A stretch of 32,000 nucleotides of DNA from an uncultured Chloroflexia bacterium (GCA_963704755.1 OY969938.1:1410001-1442000), one strand, 5' to 3'; positions 22,371 to 32,000 are shown, counted from the stretch's first letter. The notes: generated from the letters alone by a model not told the origin. Numbers and translations: made by a program.

Positions 22371-23171
22371 CTAGGTTGTTTCATTAAGCGAAGATTTGTC
22401 TTCGCGGACCGCCAATTTAGCCAATAAAACGCTGAGCAAGTAGAGGAAGGTCAGCGGGATCATCAGTAAGCCCATATTGATCGGGTCCGGCGTGGGGGTA
22501 ACGACTGCCGCGACAATGGCAATCACGACAATAGCGATACGCCATTGTTTGATCAGGACTTCCGCTGAAACGATATGGAACTTGGCCAGCACATACACCA
22601 GCAGCGGGGTCTCAAAACTGATCCCAATCCAGAACAACAGACTGGTCACAAACGAGAAATAGTTCGAGAGGCGCGGTTGGGTGGGTATTCCCAGGAAGTC
22701 AACCAGGAAAGGAATGGCGACTGGGAGCATAACCAGAAATGCGAATGTAACACCGGCGATGAACAATACCAGGGCAGATGGAAGGGCAATGTAGAGTGAG
22801 CGCCGCTCCTTCGGCGTTAAGCCTGGGACAATGAAAGCGATAATTTGGTACACAATTATCGGCAATGCCAAAATGAAGCCACTCAGCAATGAGACTTTCA
22901 TGAAAACGGTTACGTTTTCAGTCACATCGATGGATGATAGCTTATCGATACCCCCAATTGGATAAGCCAAAAGCACAATAATCCGGTTGCCCAACATCGT
23001 ACTGATGATCGTAGTTACGATAAGCGCAATCAGACTTTTAAATAATCGCCCGCGTAGTTCCCGAACATGTTGCCACAAGCTCATTTCATCTTCCAAAGCT
23101 TGCGATGCAGCGGCTTCCGTTTCTACGGACTTTGGCGGTGTTTCAAGCGGCTTTTTTCTTGTTTTGAACAT
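22371..23171 (-). CDS. tatC: Twin-arginine translocase subunit TatC
   Basis: 266 aa, polytopic. MSLWQHVRELRGRLFKSLIAL is the typical TatC N-terminal block (HL.ELR.RL). It lies upstream of tatA on the same strand. Confidence 0.9.
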   Translation of the reverse strand: MFKTRKKPLETPPKSVETEAAASQALEDEMSLWQHVRELRGRLFKSLIALIVTTIISTMLGNRIIVLLAYPIGGIDKLSSIDVTENVTVFMKVSLLSGFILALPIIVYQIIAFIVPGLTPKERRSLYIALPSALVLFIAGVTFAFLVMLPVAIPFLVDFLGIPTQPRLSNYFSFVTSLLFWIGISFETPLLVYVLAKFHIVSAEVLIKQWRIAIVVIAIVAAVVTPTPDPINMGLLMIPLTFLYLLSVLLAKLAVREDKSSLNETT

Positions 23172-23370
23172 CGGGAATTAATCATAATCCATACCTGTCA
23201 AACTCTCAAGGGAAATTCATCCATCTTGGACAGGACAAATAACAGTAAAAAGATGACAAAATACCAAAAATCGAACCCGAATTGTCCTTATTAGCAAAAC
23301 CCCTGAATACAGGTTTGTATGTGGTTTTTTAGCGACCAGGCTGCCCAAAAACCTCATATAAATCCACTGG

Positions 23371-26300
23371 TTATTTAAGCACCAGCCGCAATGTTTTAAT
23401 TTCGAAGGCACGGAAGTCCAGCTCAACGCTGCGGCCGCGCAAGGAAAGATCGGCCTCTTTATGCTCCTGCATATCGGTTTGCACGATCTTACGCACCGGC
23501 AGAGACGTTTCCAGGCGGCAGCGGGTGGCGGCATGTTTGCTCTCATACAGGCGCAGCACTAAATCGGGCGAGCCATCCTCGGCCGGCTTGACCGTCTCCA
23601 GGATGATATTGGCCGCATTGACCCGGAACAACCAGCCTTCTCCCACCCGGTCCTGAATACAAGTTTGAGGCGCATTGAGCTCGTAGGCTTCGCGGATGAC
23701 CGGGCTTTCGAAGAAATTCCCCTGCCAGGGATAAATGGCATACACAAAGCGCTGGATACCCTGGTCGGCGTTCATGTCCGGCGCCAGGGCGGATTTCAAC
23801 AGCGTCAAAGCCATGGTCGAACCCTCCACACTGATCCCATATTTGCTGTCGTTCAGTAAGCCCACCCCGCGGTTCCCCTCGACCAGCGCCGACCATTTGT
23901 GCTGCGATACTTCGAAGCGGTCGGCATCGTAAGGCCGTGAAGCGTGGGTCGGCCGGGCCAGATGCCCAAACTGGATCTCGTGCAGGGCCTGGTTGGCGTG
24001 AATATTGAAAGGAAAGGCCACTTTCAATAACTTGTGGCGTTCGTGCCAGTCGATTTCGCTGATGAACTCGATCCGGCGGCTGCTGCGCAGTAAACGGACC
24101 TCCTGGGTCAACCTGGACTGGTTGATCGTCCGGGTAATCCGCAGTGAAGCCCACAGCGGACCCTGGGCCAGAATCTCGATATTGGCCGGGTTAGCGAGAG
24201 CCAGCGGTTCCAGTTTGTAGAGCGAATCGATGTCCCAGGCGTCAAATTTGGAGGGGACGTCGTGGAACAGGCGGAAATCATTTCCGGGCCCCTGCAGCCA
24301 CTCACTGTCGCTGTCTTTATCGAAAAGCGAGATCATCCGCCCAAATTCATCGAAGCGGATGCGCAGGTATTTATTCTCCAGGCTGTACGGGCTGATCGAC
24401 AGGCCGGTGTGGGTGATAATCGCCTTGCCCCCCGGGTAGATTGTGGTCCAACCACAGGCAGGTATAAACATTTCGACGTGGGTTATGCCCTTGTCTAACT
24501 GCGTATCCAGGGGCACCCCGGCGGAATCCACCGCGCCTTGCTGGCCGGTTGGCAGCGCCACCATCACTTTGCGCGGCCAGGGCAAAGAATTGAACAGCAC
24601 CAACCCGCTGCCTGGCCGGGTCAGGTCTCTGGCCGCCTGTTGGGCGACTTCGGCCGCACCGGTCCGGATCTCCTCGTGATCATTTTCGGATTCCTGGGAC
24701 ACACGCTGGATGGATGAACCGGGCAATATATCGTGAAACTGGTTGAGCAGCAGTTTCTTCCAGATCGCGTCCAGTTTTTGCGCGGGCACCGGCTTGCGAG
24801 CATACGCCGAGGCAGCCGTAGACCACATCTCTGCCTCGCGTAATGCCCACTCGCTGCGCCGGTTGGCTTGCTTGATGCGTGCCTGAGAGGTATACGTGCC
24901 CCGGTGACAGGCGAAATACAGCTCGCCCACGTAACGCGGCAGGGGCAAATTGGATTGCTCGAGCGACTTGAAGAAAGCCACCGGTGAATCGATGCGCATG
25001 CGCGGAGCGCCTTCCAGGTCGCTCTGGCGGCGCAGATATTCCAGGTGATCGCGCTGCGCTCCCCCGCCCCCGTCGCCCCAGCCGAAGGAATAAATCCCGC
25101 TGGTCAGGCCAGGCTGTTGGATGCGCTCGCGCCAGTTTTCGATGGTGTGGGCCGGGGAGGCCTCATTGTTATACCCGCGGAAGACCTGGGCCAACACGGT
25201 CGAGCCGTCGATCCCCTCCCATTCAAAGGTGCTGTATGGGAATGGGTCGGCATCGTTGTAGACCCACAACAGTTTTTGGGTGGCGAAATACTTTACCCCG
25301 CAGCCGCGCATAATCTGCGGCAGCGCGCCGGAATAGCCGAACACGTCCGGCTCCCAGAACAATTCTGATTCGATCCCGAATTCCTCGCGAAAGAAACGCC
25401 GGCCATACAAAAGTTGGCGGATGAGCGCTTCTCCACCGGGCAGGTTGGTATCCGGTTCCAGCCAGGCCGCGCCTTCGGCAATCACCTGGCCGGCGCGGAC
25501 CTTTTCTGCCAGGCGCTGATACAACTGGGGATAGGAATTCTTTCAGCATCTGGTACAACTGCGGCTGGGACTGTAAATAACGATATTCGGGATATTCATC
25601 CATCAACGCCAACTGGTTGGATACCGTCCGGGCGATCTTGCGCGTGGTCTCCTGCAGCGGCCACATCCAGGCCACGTCCAGGTGAGCATGGCCAAAGGCG
25701 TAATAGGTCGGCGCAGTGCTGCCGTTGCGGCATTCGAGCAGCGGCCGGAGATGTTCCCGTCCTCGTCCGGCCCTATCCAGCAGCTCTGCAAACGGCACCT
25801 CCAGGTCAACCAGCAGGATCGTTTGGGTCAACCCTTGATCGATCTGGTCCACGCGCAGTGATGCTGGATCCAGGTTCTCGCGCAATTCAAAAAGGGTGTT
25901 GAAGTCCAGGTATAACTGGTACAGGTCCTCGTGCCAGACACCGCAGGTGGACTCCCCCACAACCCGTTGAGCAGACCCCGGCTCCGGAACGGTCTCGACC
26001 CCTTCGGGCACCGGTCCCTGGCCTTCATTCATTCTTCCGTGGCCGGCATAGCTTTCCAACAATATATCGAACGGCTGGCCCGTCGCGGCGGATTTGGCCA
26101 GGCAAATTTCGGTATGGGCCGTATCGATTGCGCCGGCAGCCTGGCCGTTGACCCATACCAGGCTTTCACCCCCGGGTTGTAAGTGTGCCACAATCCACTT
26201 TCCCTGGGCAGTTTCCGGTAAGGTCAGCCGGGCAGCCATCCAGGCGTATTGCCATTTAGCGCCCCAGGCAGTACCCACCGGCATGGGAACCTTTGCTTTT

Positions 26301-26440
26301 TCGTTGGCTTGTTGAACATCAAGCCGGTCGAAAGTTACAAAGCCTGATAATGGAATAGTTTCGATCGGCTGGTAGATCAGGGACTTTAATACTCTGAGCC
26401 ATTCTTCAATTCGATGGCGCCACTCCAGGCTAAGAGCCAT
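23371..26440 (-). CDS. GH38 alpha-mannosidase; single frame break at about 25534-25535 as sequenced
   Basis: Track ORFs 25223-26482 and 23371-25524 join: ...YAFGHAHLDVAWMWPLQETTRK (GH38 metal/catalytic motif)...YLQSQPQLYQMLKEF / YPQLYQRLAEKVRAGQVIAEGAAWLEPDTNLPGGEALIRQ.... Removing one C from GAATTCCTATCCC (minus strand) restores a single frame. The start is assigned to ATG 26440 (MALSLEWRHRIEEW), 9 nt after GAGGAG. Confidence 0.85.
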
Positions 26441-26934
26441 AATACCGCACTCCTCAAGATTTAAATAATTGATACAACTCAATTTGCGGGAAAAAAGTTA
26501 CGGGAAACGCGATGATTTCAATTTTCACGCGCAATAAAACAAAGACTCTATTTTCCGAAGCAACAATCTCTTGGATTTATCTGGAAAAGTTATCCCCCTT
26601 CAGCCAGTTTTTTCATTGTATTGTCGTAGATATGGGGTCGTACTTTTTAGGCAAAATACCGGGCGGTCTCACCGTCCCGTCCACCGGGCCTGTCTTTCTT
26701 TCAAAAACCACGGCCGATAGTATTATAGCCGAAATTAACCTTTTCGATAGATAGATCGAAAAACAACCGCCGAACGAAAAGAAGCTGCTCAGACCGGATG
26801 AGAAGGCCTCGAATCCAAAATAATTACGCGAGCCGCACCCGCACAAGCACCGCATATTCGATGTTCCACTGGAGCCGGCCTGTTTTGGACATCTCCTTGA
26901 GTGAAGAGAACAGGCGCCAATCCCAACGCAGAAC

Positions 26935-27574
26935 TTACCCTTTACCGGCTTCCCGGCTGGCCCGTTCGGAAGAGGCCAGGTGGAACTCGAAAGGCTGCTC
27001 ACTCTCATCATAACCGCAGATAACGGCCATCAAGGTGGCATTTTTCCGTGCTGTTGTTCCGCCACAAGTGATGCAGCTTTCCGGAGAGGAACAGGCTGTC
27101 TCCCGGCTGCATTTCGTATACCTGGCCATCCACCACATACTCGACCACACCTTCGGTGCACAGCACAAACTCGGACCCGGTGTGCATCATCCCGTTCGTC
27201 CCACTGGACGCTCCCGGTTCAAGGGTGACCCGAATCGCCTCCATCCGCCCCGAAAACTCATCTCCACCCAGGTCTTCGAAACGGCCGCCTTGATAGTAAT
27301 AATCCGCCCGCTCCGCGGCCTTCTTAAAGACCACCGGTTTTCGTTCGGGCTGTTTACGAAAGAACGCCGTAACAGGCACTTCAAGGGCAACGGCGATCTT
27401 CGTCAAAGTGCTGACAGAAGGCGAGGTCAAGCCACGCTCGATCATGCTCAATGCATTGGCCGATAAAGCACTGGCCCTGGCCAGGCTGCGCATGGATATT
27501 CCTCGTTCTTCCCGTAACTCTTTTAACCTGTGTCCAACATCAACCGACATAGCTACTTTTCCGGGTACTTCCAT
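26935..27574 (-). CDS. XRE-family HTH + cupin transcriptional regulator (the ORF as sequenced stops at 27008; probable homopolymer indel at 27041-27045)
   Basis: HTH region: GHRLKELREERGISMRSLARASALSANALSMIERGLTSPSVSTLTKIAVAL. Cupin region: ...GVVEYVVDGQVYEMQPGDSLFLSGKLHHLWRNNSTE. After the A5 run, the -1 frame (track ORF 26935-27168) continues ATLMAVICGYDE..., which looks like the expected last cupin strand. The start is assigned to ATG 27574, 6 nt after GGAG. Confidence 0.75.
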
Positions 27575-27674
27575 CGTTAACTCCAATCCTCATTAACAAT
27601 AATACTGACAATTCAACGGTGAAGACGAGGTAAATTCAAATTACAGTGCAGCCGCTCAGCAAGGATTGAAATCA

Positions 27675-27718
27675 GGGTGTTTGTAATTCGCAAGAGCTCT
27701 CGCGAATTACAAACACCC
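27675..27718. repeat. 44-nt near-perfect palindrome (family member) between the fhs stop and the regulator start
   Basis: GGGTGTTTGTAATTCGC-AAGAGCTCT-CGCGAATTACAAACACCC. The outer arms GCAGCCGCTCAGCAAGG (about 27649-27665) and GTACTAAGCCGCTAC (about 27733-27747) are inverted relative to each other, differing by C/T changes. Confidence 0.85.
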
Positions 27719-27807
27719 CTTATTTCGAGCGCGTACTAAGCCGCTACATTTCTTACTATATTTATATACTTTTTGTCACATTTTCTCAAGTAGTCTGGGG
27801 CTTTTAA

Positions 27808-29736
27808 TCAAAAAAGTCCTACTACCTTGCCGGTTTCAAGGTCCAAATCTACGTCAAAGAAGGCTGGACGGGAGGGTAAACCGGGCATGGTGCTCATTGT
27901 GCCCAGAATAGGATACAGGAAACCGGCCCCAACCGAAGCGCGGATATCCCGTACCGGGATCCTGAATCCCTTGGGAACACCTTTCAGATTCGCATCATGG
28001 CTCAAGCTGAGGTGAGTCTTGGCCATGCAGATCGGCAGTTTATCGAATCCCAGGCGGGTATATTCTGTAATGCGTTCTTCGGCGAGCGGCTCGTAATCGA
28101 CCCCATCGGCGCCGTATACTTCGCGGGCGATGGTCTCGATTTTTTCCTTGATCGAGCGTTCCAATGGATAAAGGAAACGAAATTCCGAGGGCTTCTCGGC
28201 TGCTTTCACCACGGCCCGGGCCAGCTCTTCAGCGCCTTCGCCGCCTAATTCCCAATGGCGCGCCACGATTGCTGCTTCGGCTCCGCCCTGCTCAACGGCG
28301 GCTTTGCGGATCATTTCCAGTTCGGCCGGGGTATCGGCTGCCATCGAGTTGACCGCCACGACTACCGGGATGCCATACTTGCGGGCAATGCCGATGTGCG
28401 CCAACAGGTTATCCAGCCCTTTACGCAGCAGGTCCAGATTTTCGCTGGTGTAAGCTGAATCCAGCGGTTTGCCGGCGGTCACTTTGGGCCCGCCGCCGTG
28501 CATTTTCAGCGCCCGGACGGTGGCCACCATGACCACCACGTTGGGGATCAGGCCGGAATAGCGGCACTTGATATCGAAGAATTTTTCCATGCCCATGTCG
28601 GAACCGAATCCGGATTCCGTGACGACGTAATCGGCCAGTTTCAAGCCGATCCGGTCGGCCAGGATCGAGGAGTTGCCATGGGCAATATTGGCAAACGGCC
28701 CGGCATGCACGAATACCGGCGTGCCTTCCAGGGTCTGCATCAGGGTCGGTTTGATCGCATCGCGCATCAGCACTGCCATGGCGCCGGCCACACCCAGGTC
28801 ATCGGCCGTGACGGCTTCGCCTTTGCGGTTGGTGCCGATCACAATTTCACCGAAGCGCCGGCGCATATCCGCCAGGTCGGTCGTCAAAGCCAGGATCGCC
28901 ATGATTTCACTGGCAACGGTGATATCGAAACCCGTCTTGCGGCTGACGCAGTCCTCACCCGCCCCCTGGCCGGTGGTAATATTGCGCAGCATCCGGTCGG
29001 ATGTGTCGATTACACGCCGCCAGGTGATAGTGGCCGGGTCGATGTCCAGGCGCACGAACCGGCTGCGTTCTTCGGGGGTCATATCATCCGGATCAGTCTT
29101 ATCAATCCCCAGTTTCTTCAAGCGGCCCATCATATTGACCGCAAAATGGCGCTTGCCATCTTTGCCACGGGGCATAAGCCGGTCGAAGAGCTGCTCGTCG
29201 GTGACGCCGTTCTCGTGGAACATGCGTGCATCGATCGCGGCAGCCATCAGGTTATTGGCCGCGGTGATCGCGTGGATATCGCCGGTCAGGTGCAGGTTAA
29301 AGTCTTCCATCGGAATGACCTGGCTGTAACCACCGCCGGCAGCGCCGCCTTTAATACCAAACGTGGGACCCTGGCTGGGTTGGCGGATGCAGGTCATCAC
29401 CGATTTGCCCAGGTGAGCGCCCAAGGCCTGGCTGAGGCCGACCGTGGTGGTCGTCTTGCCCTCCCCCAAAGGGGTGGGGGTTATCGCAGTCACATCGATG
29501 TATTTGCCGTCAGGAACATCGCGCAACCGTTCCAATACTTCCAACTTCACTTTCGCCTTGTAAGGCCCGAAAAGTTCAATCTCGTCGGGCAGGAGACCTA
29601 ATTCCTCGGCTATCTGGGTTATGGGTTTTAACCTGGCAGCTTGAGCAATTTCGATATCCGAGGGCACCGGAGAGAGCCGATTCAGTGGTGTTGCCTGGAA
29701 ATCACGTTTCTTTATACCATTAGAAATCATAGACAC
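27808..29736 (-). CDS. fhs: Formate--tetrahydrofolate ligase (long form)
   Basis: Hallmark blocks are [26 protein letters not shown] (P-loop), [31 protein letters not shown] and MPGLPSRPA. The track ORF starts at 29790. GGGAGG precedes GTG 29736 by 5 nt and ATG 29730 by 11 nt, so the real start is probably one of these. Confidence 0.93.
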   Translation of the reverse strand: MSMISNGIKKRDFQATPLNRLSPVPSDIEIAQAARLKPITQIAEELGLLPDEIELFGPYKAKVKLEVLERLRDVPDGKYIDVTAITPTPLGEGKTTTTVGLSQALGAHLGKSVMTCIRQPSQGPTFGIKGGAAGGGYSQVIPMEDFNLHLTGDIHAITAANNLMAAAIDARMFHENGVTDEQLFDRLMPRGKDGKRHFAVNMMGRLKKLGIDKTDPDDMTPEERSRFVRLDIDPATITWRRVIDTSDRMLRNITTGQGAGEDCVSRKTGFDITVASEIMAILALTTDLADMRRRFGEIVIGTNRKGEAVTADDLGVAGAMAVLMRDAIKPTLMQTLEGTPVFVHAGPFANIAHGNSSILADRIGLKLADYVVTESGFGSDMGMEKFFDIKCRYSGLIPNVVVMVATVRALKMHGGGPKVTAGKPLDSAYTSENLDLLRKGLDNLLAHIGIARKYGIPVVVAVNSMAADTPAELEMIRKAAVEQGGAEAAIVARHWELGGEGAEELARAVVKAAEKPSEFRFLYPLERSIKEKIETIAREVYGADGVDYEPLAEERITEYTRLGFDKLPICMAKTHLSLSHDANLKGVPKGFRIPVRDIRASVGAGFLYPILGTMSTMPGLPSRPAFFDVDLDLETGKVVGLF

Positions 29737-29985
29737 ATTGACCTCCCGGAAGTAATAAGGAATTTGGTTAAGCCTCACCTTGACCCCCAAGTTTGGCCTA
29801 TTTAATCATATCAGTTTTTTGGCCAGATTGAGTCACCAATTTGTCTGACAAACCTGTTTTCTGCAAAAATATTACATTTACACCACCCTTTCCCCCGCGT
29901 GCTGGAATTTTTCACTGAAAAATGGGAATGACTCGAGTTTCTCAGGCAATTTCGAAAATCGGTTTAATTTCCGCAAACGCAAATC

Positions 29986-30014
29986 TTCGCAATTGCAATT
30001 TAATGACTTATAAT
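29986..30014 (+). promoter_or_regulatory. Candidate promoter for the cbiM operon
   Basis: TTCGCA (29986-29991), a 17-nt spacer, then TATAAT (30009-30014). This would give a roughly 140-nt leader before ATG 30161. Motif match only. Confidence 0.3.
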
Positions 30015-30160
30015 GGGCGTACCCCCATAGCAGACGCCCTGGCTTATCCGTAAGACGCGCTTCGCGGCCTGTAAGGATCCACAGCGCCACGAAGACCAAT
30101 CCAGCCTTTTTCCGTAAAGCCGGGCAGCATTCCCACGAATTATTTTACAACGGAGTTCCC

Positions 30161-31282
30161 ATGCCTGCTTTCCTTAATCGGAATAATTTCTTGCGAAAAA
30201 CAGCGATTTATTATTTGCTGGTAGGAGCCTGGTTGGCGACCAGCGCCATGCATATACCGGATGGGTATCTCAGCCCCGTTACTTCCGCAATTATGTTTTT
30301 GCTGGTCCTGCCCTTCTGGGTCCGGGGAGTGCAAACATTGCGCAAGAAAATGAGCGCCAAGAACGTTCCCCTGATCGCCCTGTTTGCCGCTTTTTCCTTC
30401 GTCATTATGATGTTCAACGTCCCCCTGCCGGGTGGTACCACCGGGCATGCCGTTGGCGGCGCCCTGGCGGCCATTGTCCTGGGGCCGGAGATTGCTACCA
30501 TCGCCGTCTCGACCGCTTTGCTCATCCAGGCACTCTTCTTTGGCGACGGCGGCATCCTGGCCTTTGGGGCCAACTGCTTCAACATGGCAGTCGTGCTGCC
30601 CTACATCAGCTACGCCATTTACCAATGGATTTCCGCCAACACGCCGCTCACCTCTCGCCGGCGGGTGGTCGGCGCGGCAGCCGGTGCCTGGGCCGGGTTG
30701 ACCCTGGCCGCGTTCGTCGCCTCGATCGAGTTCGGCATCCAGCCGGCCCTGTTCCATACCCTCGATGGTACCCCGCTGTATGCCTTCTATCCGCTCAGCG
30801 TGGCCATTCCGGCCATGGTCATTCCCCACGCGCTGGTGGCGTCTGTCGTTGAAGGCTTGATGACTGCCCTGGTGGTGGCCTACTTGCAGCGCGCGAACCA
30901 GCCCGCCCTGGAAATTGCCCATAAACAAGACCTGGCGCCTGAAATCAGCGCTTTTCGCCGCTGGCGGGCGCTCTGGATCGGATTGGCCGTGCTGGTAGTC
31001 GCCACGCCATTGGGATTGTTAGCCCCAGGTACGGCCTGGGGCGAGTGGAGCGCTCAAGAGCTGGCCGGGTTAGGGCTCTCGTTTATACCCCAGGGCTTGG
31101 CCCATCTCTCGGACTTATGGACCGCACCGTTACCGGATTACGACCTGGCTGCCCTCTCCAACCCCGTTTTGGGCTACGTTCTATCGGCGCTAATTGGGGT
31201 AGGCCTGGTCGCTTTACTGGTCTGGCTGTTCACAATATTATTGGCGCAGCGAAAGGTCCAACACAGCCAGGCTGTCAAATAA
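30161..31282 (+). CDS. cbiM: ECF-type cobalt/nickel transporter substrate component CbiM/NikM with N-terminal leader and fused C-terminal PDGLE-like domain
   Basis: GGAG lies 5 nt before ATG 30161. The leader MPAFLNRNNFLRKTAIYYLLVGAWLATSA precedes MHIPDGYLSP, the canonical CbiM/NikM metal-binding N-terminus (internal ATG at 30248). The extra C-terminal roughly 120 aa has two TM helices flanking ...GEWSAQELAGLGLSFIPQGLAHLSDLW..., which is PDGLE-like. Confidence 0.85.
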   Translation: MPAFLNRNNFLRKTAIYYLLVGAWLATSAMHIPDGYLSPVTSAIMFLLVLPFWVRGVQTLRKKMSAKNVPLIALFAAFSFVIMMFNVPLPGGTTGHAVGGALAAIVLGPEIATIAVSTALLIQALFFGDGGILAFGANCFNMAVVLPYISYAIYQWISANTPLTSRRRVVGAAAGAWAGLTLAAFVASIEFGIQPALFHTLDGTPLYAFYPLSVAIPAMVIPHALVASVVEGLMTALVVAYLQRANQPALEIAHKQDLAPEISAFRRWRALWIGLAVLVVATPLGLLAPGTAWGEWSAQELAGLGLSFIPQGLAHLSDLWTAPLPDYDLAALSNPVLGYVLSALIGVGLVALLVWLFTILLAQRKVQHSQAVK

Positions 31283-31286
31283 ACCC

Positions 31287-32000
31287 TTGAGCTCAGCAAA
31301 TCGCCGCCCATCCCGTTCGCCCGGCAACGGTTTTATCGAACGAACGCTAAGCAATATCGACCGCACCCTGGAGCAGTCCCTGTATGCCGAAGAAGTCGCC
31401 CGGCGAAACGGACTGCTCCAGTCTTTGGACGCACGATTTAAAATCATCCTGACCCTGCTCTTCCTGGTTGCGGCCAGCCTGGCGCACAATTTATGGGCCT
31501 TAGGCGCGCTCAATCTGCTGGCCCTCGTTTTGGCAGGCTTATCCAGGATCTCGATTGGCTATACCCTCAAACGCGTGTGGCTGCCAGTGTTGATCTTTTC
31601 CGGGCTGGTCTCCCTGCCGGCCCTATTTATTACCCCAGGTCCGGCGTTATTGACCTTGCCGGCCGGCATTACCTTGACCCGCAGCGGTGCGACCACGGCC
31701 CTGTTTTTGATTTTGCGCGCCGGCGCCTCGGTGTCCTTCGCCGCGCTGCTGGTGCTCACCACCCCCTGGAACCGGGTGCTCAAAGCCCTGGGCGTGCTGC
31801 ACCTGCCAGACGTGATCCTGGTCATTTTGGGAATGACCTACCGCTATCTGTACCTCTTCCTGCACCTGGCCGGAGAAATGTTCCTTTCGCGGCGCAGCCG
31901 CCTGTTAAGGAAAACCAGCGGGGCCGAAGCGCGCCAATTGTTAGCCTCCAGCAGCGGGGTGCTATTGGCCCGTTCGCTGCAGATGAGCGAAGGCGTTTAC
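31287..32000 (+). CDS. cbiQ: ECF transporter transmembrane (T) component CbiQ, 3'-truncated by the window end
   Basis: This frame is open from 31203 to the window end, so the ORF is not in the track. Its translation is ...ERTLSNIDRTLEQSLYAEEVARRNGLLQSLDARFKIILTLLFLVAASL...LTTPWNRVLKALGVLHLPDVILVILGMTYRYLYLFLHLAGEMFLSRRSR..., which is CbiQ-like. The only plausible start in frame is TTG 31287, since no ATG or GTG lies between 31203 and the conserved region. Confidence 0.75.
   Translation, partial: MSSANRRPSRSPGNGFIERTLSNIDRTLEQSLYAEEVARRNGLLQSLDARFKIILTLLFLVAASLAHNLWALGALNLLALVLAGLSRISIGYTLKRVWLPVLIFSGLVSLPALFITPGPALLTLPAGITLTRSGATTALFLILRAGASVSFAALLVLTTPWNRVLKALGVLHLPDVILVILGMTYRYLYLFLHLAGEMFLSRRSRLLRKTSGAEARQLLASSSGVLLARSLQMSEGVY

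Noticed and set aside
26613-27011. 132-aa minus-strand ORF (and the 80-aa plus-strand ORF 26512-26754) in the mannosidase/regulator gap
   Set aside because: It is Ser/Gly/Cys-rich low-complexity sequence with no RBS, and its 5' end overlaps the likely true C-terminus of the regulator. I found no motif. The 450-bp AT-rich gap remains unexplained but shows no clear structure.
28498-29601. Large antisense ORFs: 28498-29601 (367 aa), 18519-19355 (278 aa), 30140-30928 (262 aa), 12077-12748 (223 aa) and 3549-4127 (192 aa)
   Set aside because: Each lies wholly opposite a strongly supported gene (fhs, fixC, cbiM, gatA, oxidoreductase). Each has the Arg/Gly/His/Asp-rich composition typical of antisense frames in GC-rich DNA.
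29990-30140. A cobalamin riboswitch upstream of cbiM
   Set aside because: GGGAA and a B12-box-like AAGCCAGGGCGTCTGC occur only on the minus strand, which points toward fhs rather than cbiM. The intervening GGUG.AA.UCC and CCCGC..CUGU elements are not present. I judged this a chance partial match.
1-32000. A mobile element, prophage, genomic island or defence locus anywhere in the window
   Set aside because: No transposase, integrase, recombinase, reverse transcriptase, phage structural, restriction-modification, Cas, toxin-antitoxin or NTPase/nuclease pair was recognisable in any frame. AT-rich stretches are confined to intergenic gaps.

Overview
This 32-kb window comes from a moderately GC-rich bacterial chromosome. 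Protein signatures and repeat style suggest a Chloroflexota/Anaerolineae-like organism, but that is only a guess. The coding content is ordinary core metabolism. It includes a sugar-phosphate nucleotidyltransferase, a PLP aminotransferase, a Gfo/Idh/MocA oxidoreductase, gatB, and gatCA encoded separately. It also includes glutamate dehydrogenase, a YccF-like membrane protein, a Tat-exported DUF362 lipoprotein, an SDR, and a tightly coupled fixABCX (EtfBA + ETF-QO-like + ferredoxin-like) operon. The rest is phasin + PhaR, three Tat translocase genes, a GH38 alpha-mannosidase, an XRE/cupin regulator, a long-form formate-tetrahydrofolate ligase, and the start of a cbiM-cbiQ ECF metal transporter. 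I saw no tRNA or rRNA genes, and no transposase, integrase, reverse transcriptase, Cas, toxin-antitoxin or recognisable defence gene. I therefore cannot point to a protein-encoded novel system. What stands out is non-coding. (i) A roughly 1-kb array at 8631-9622 holds four 206-270 bp mosaic units built from invariant hairpin modules. (ii) A dispersed family of very long, near-perfect hairpins (22-32 bp stems, TTC/GAA loops) is nested in a weaker outer inverted repeat, mostly just 3' of genes. Two homologous copies differ by compensatory substitutions. (iii) An 840-bp intergenic region (2657-3421) is built entirely of nested inverted repeats. (iv) NNTTAGN/GAATAGA heptamer tracts sit at gene 3' ends and even supply the last codons of two convergent genes. 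A 570-aa uncharacterised protein with a PNP/MTAN-like C-terminal domain is the most interesting CDS. At least seven +/-1 frame breaks, all in short homopolymers, interrupt otherwise intact genes. These look more like assembly indels than true pseudogenes.
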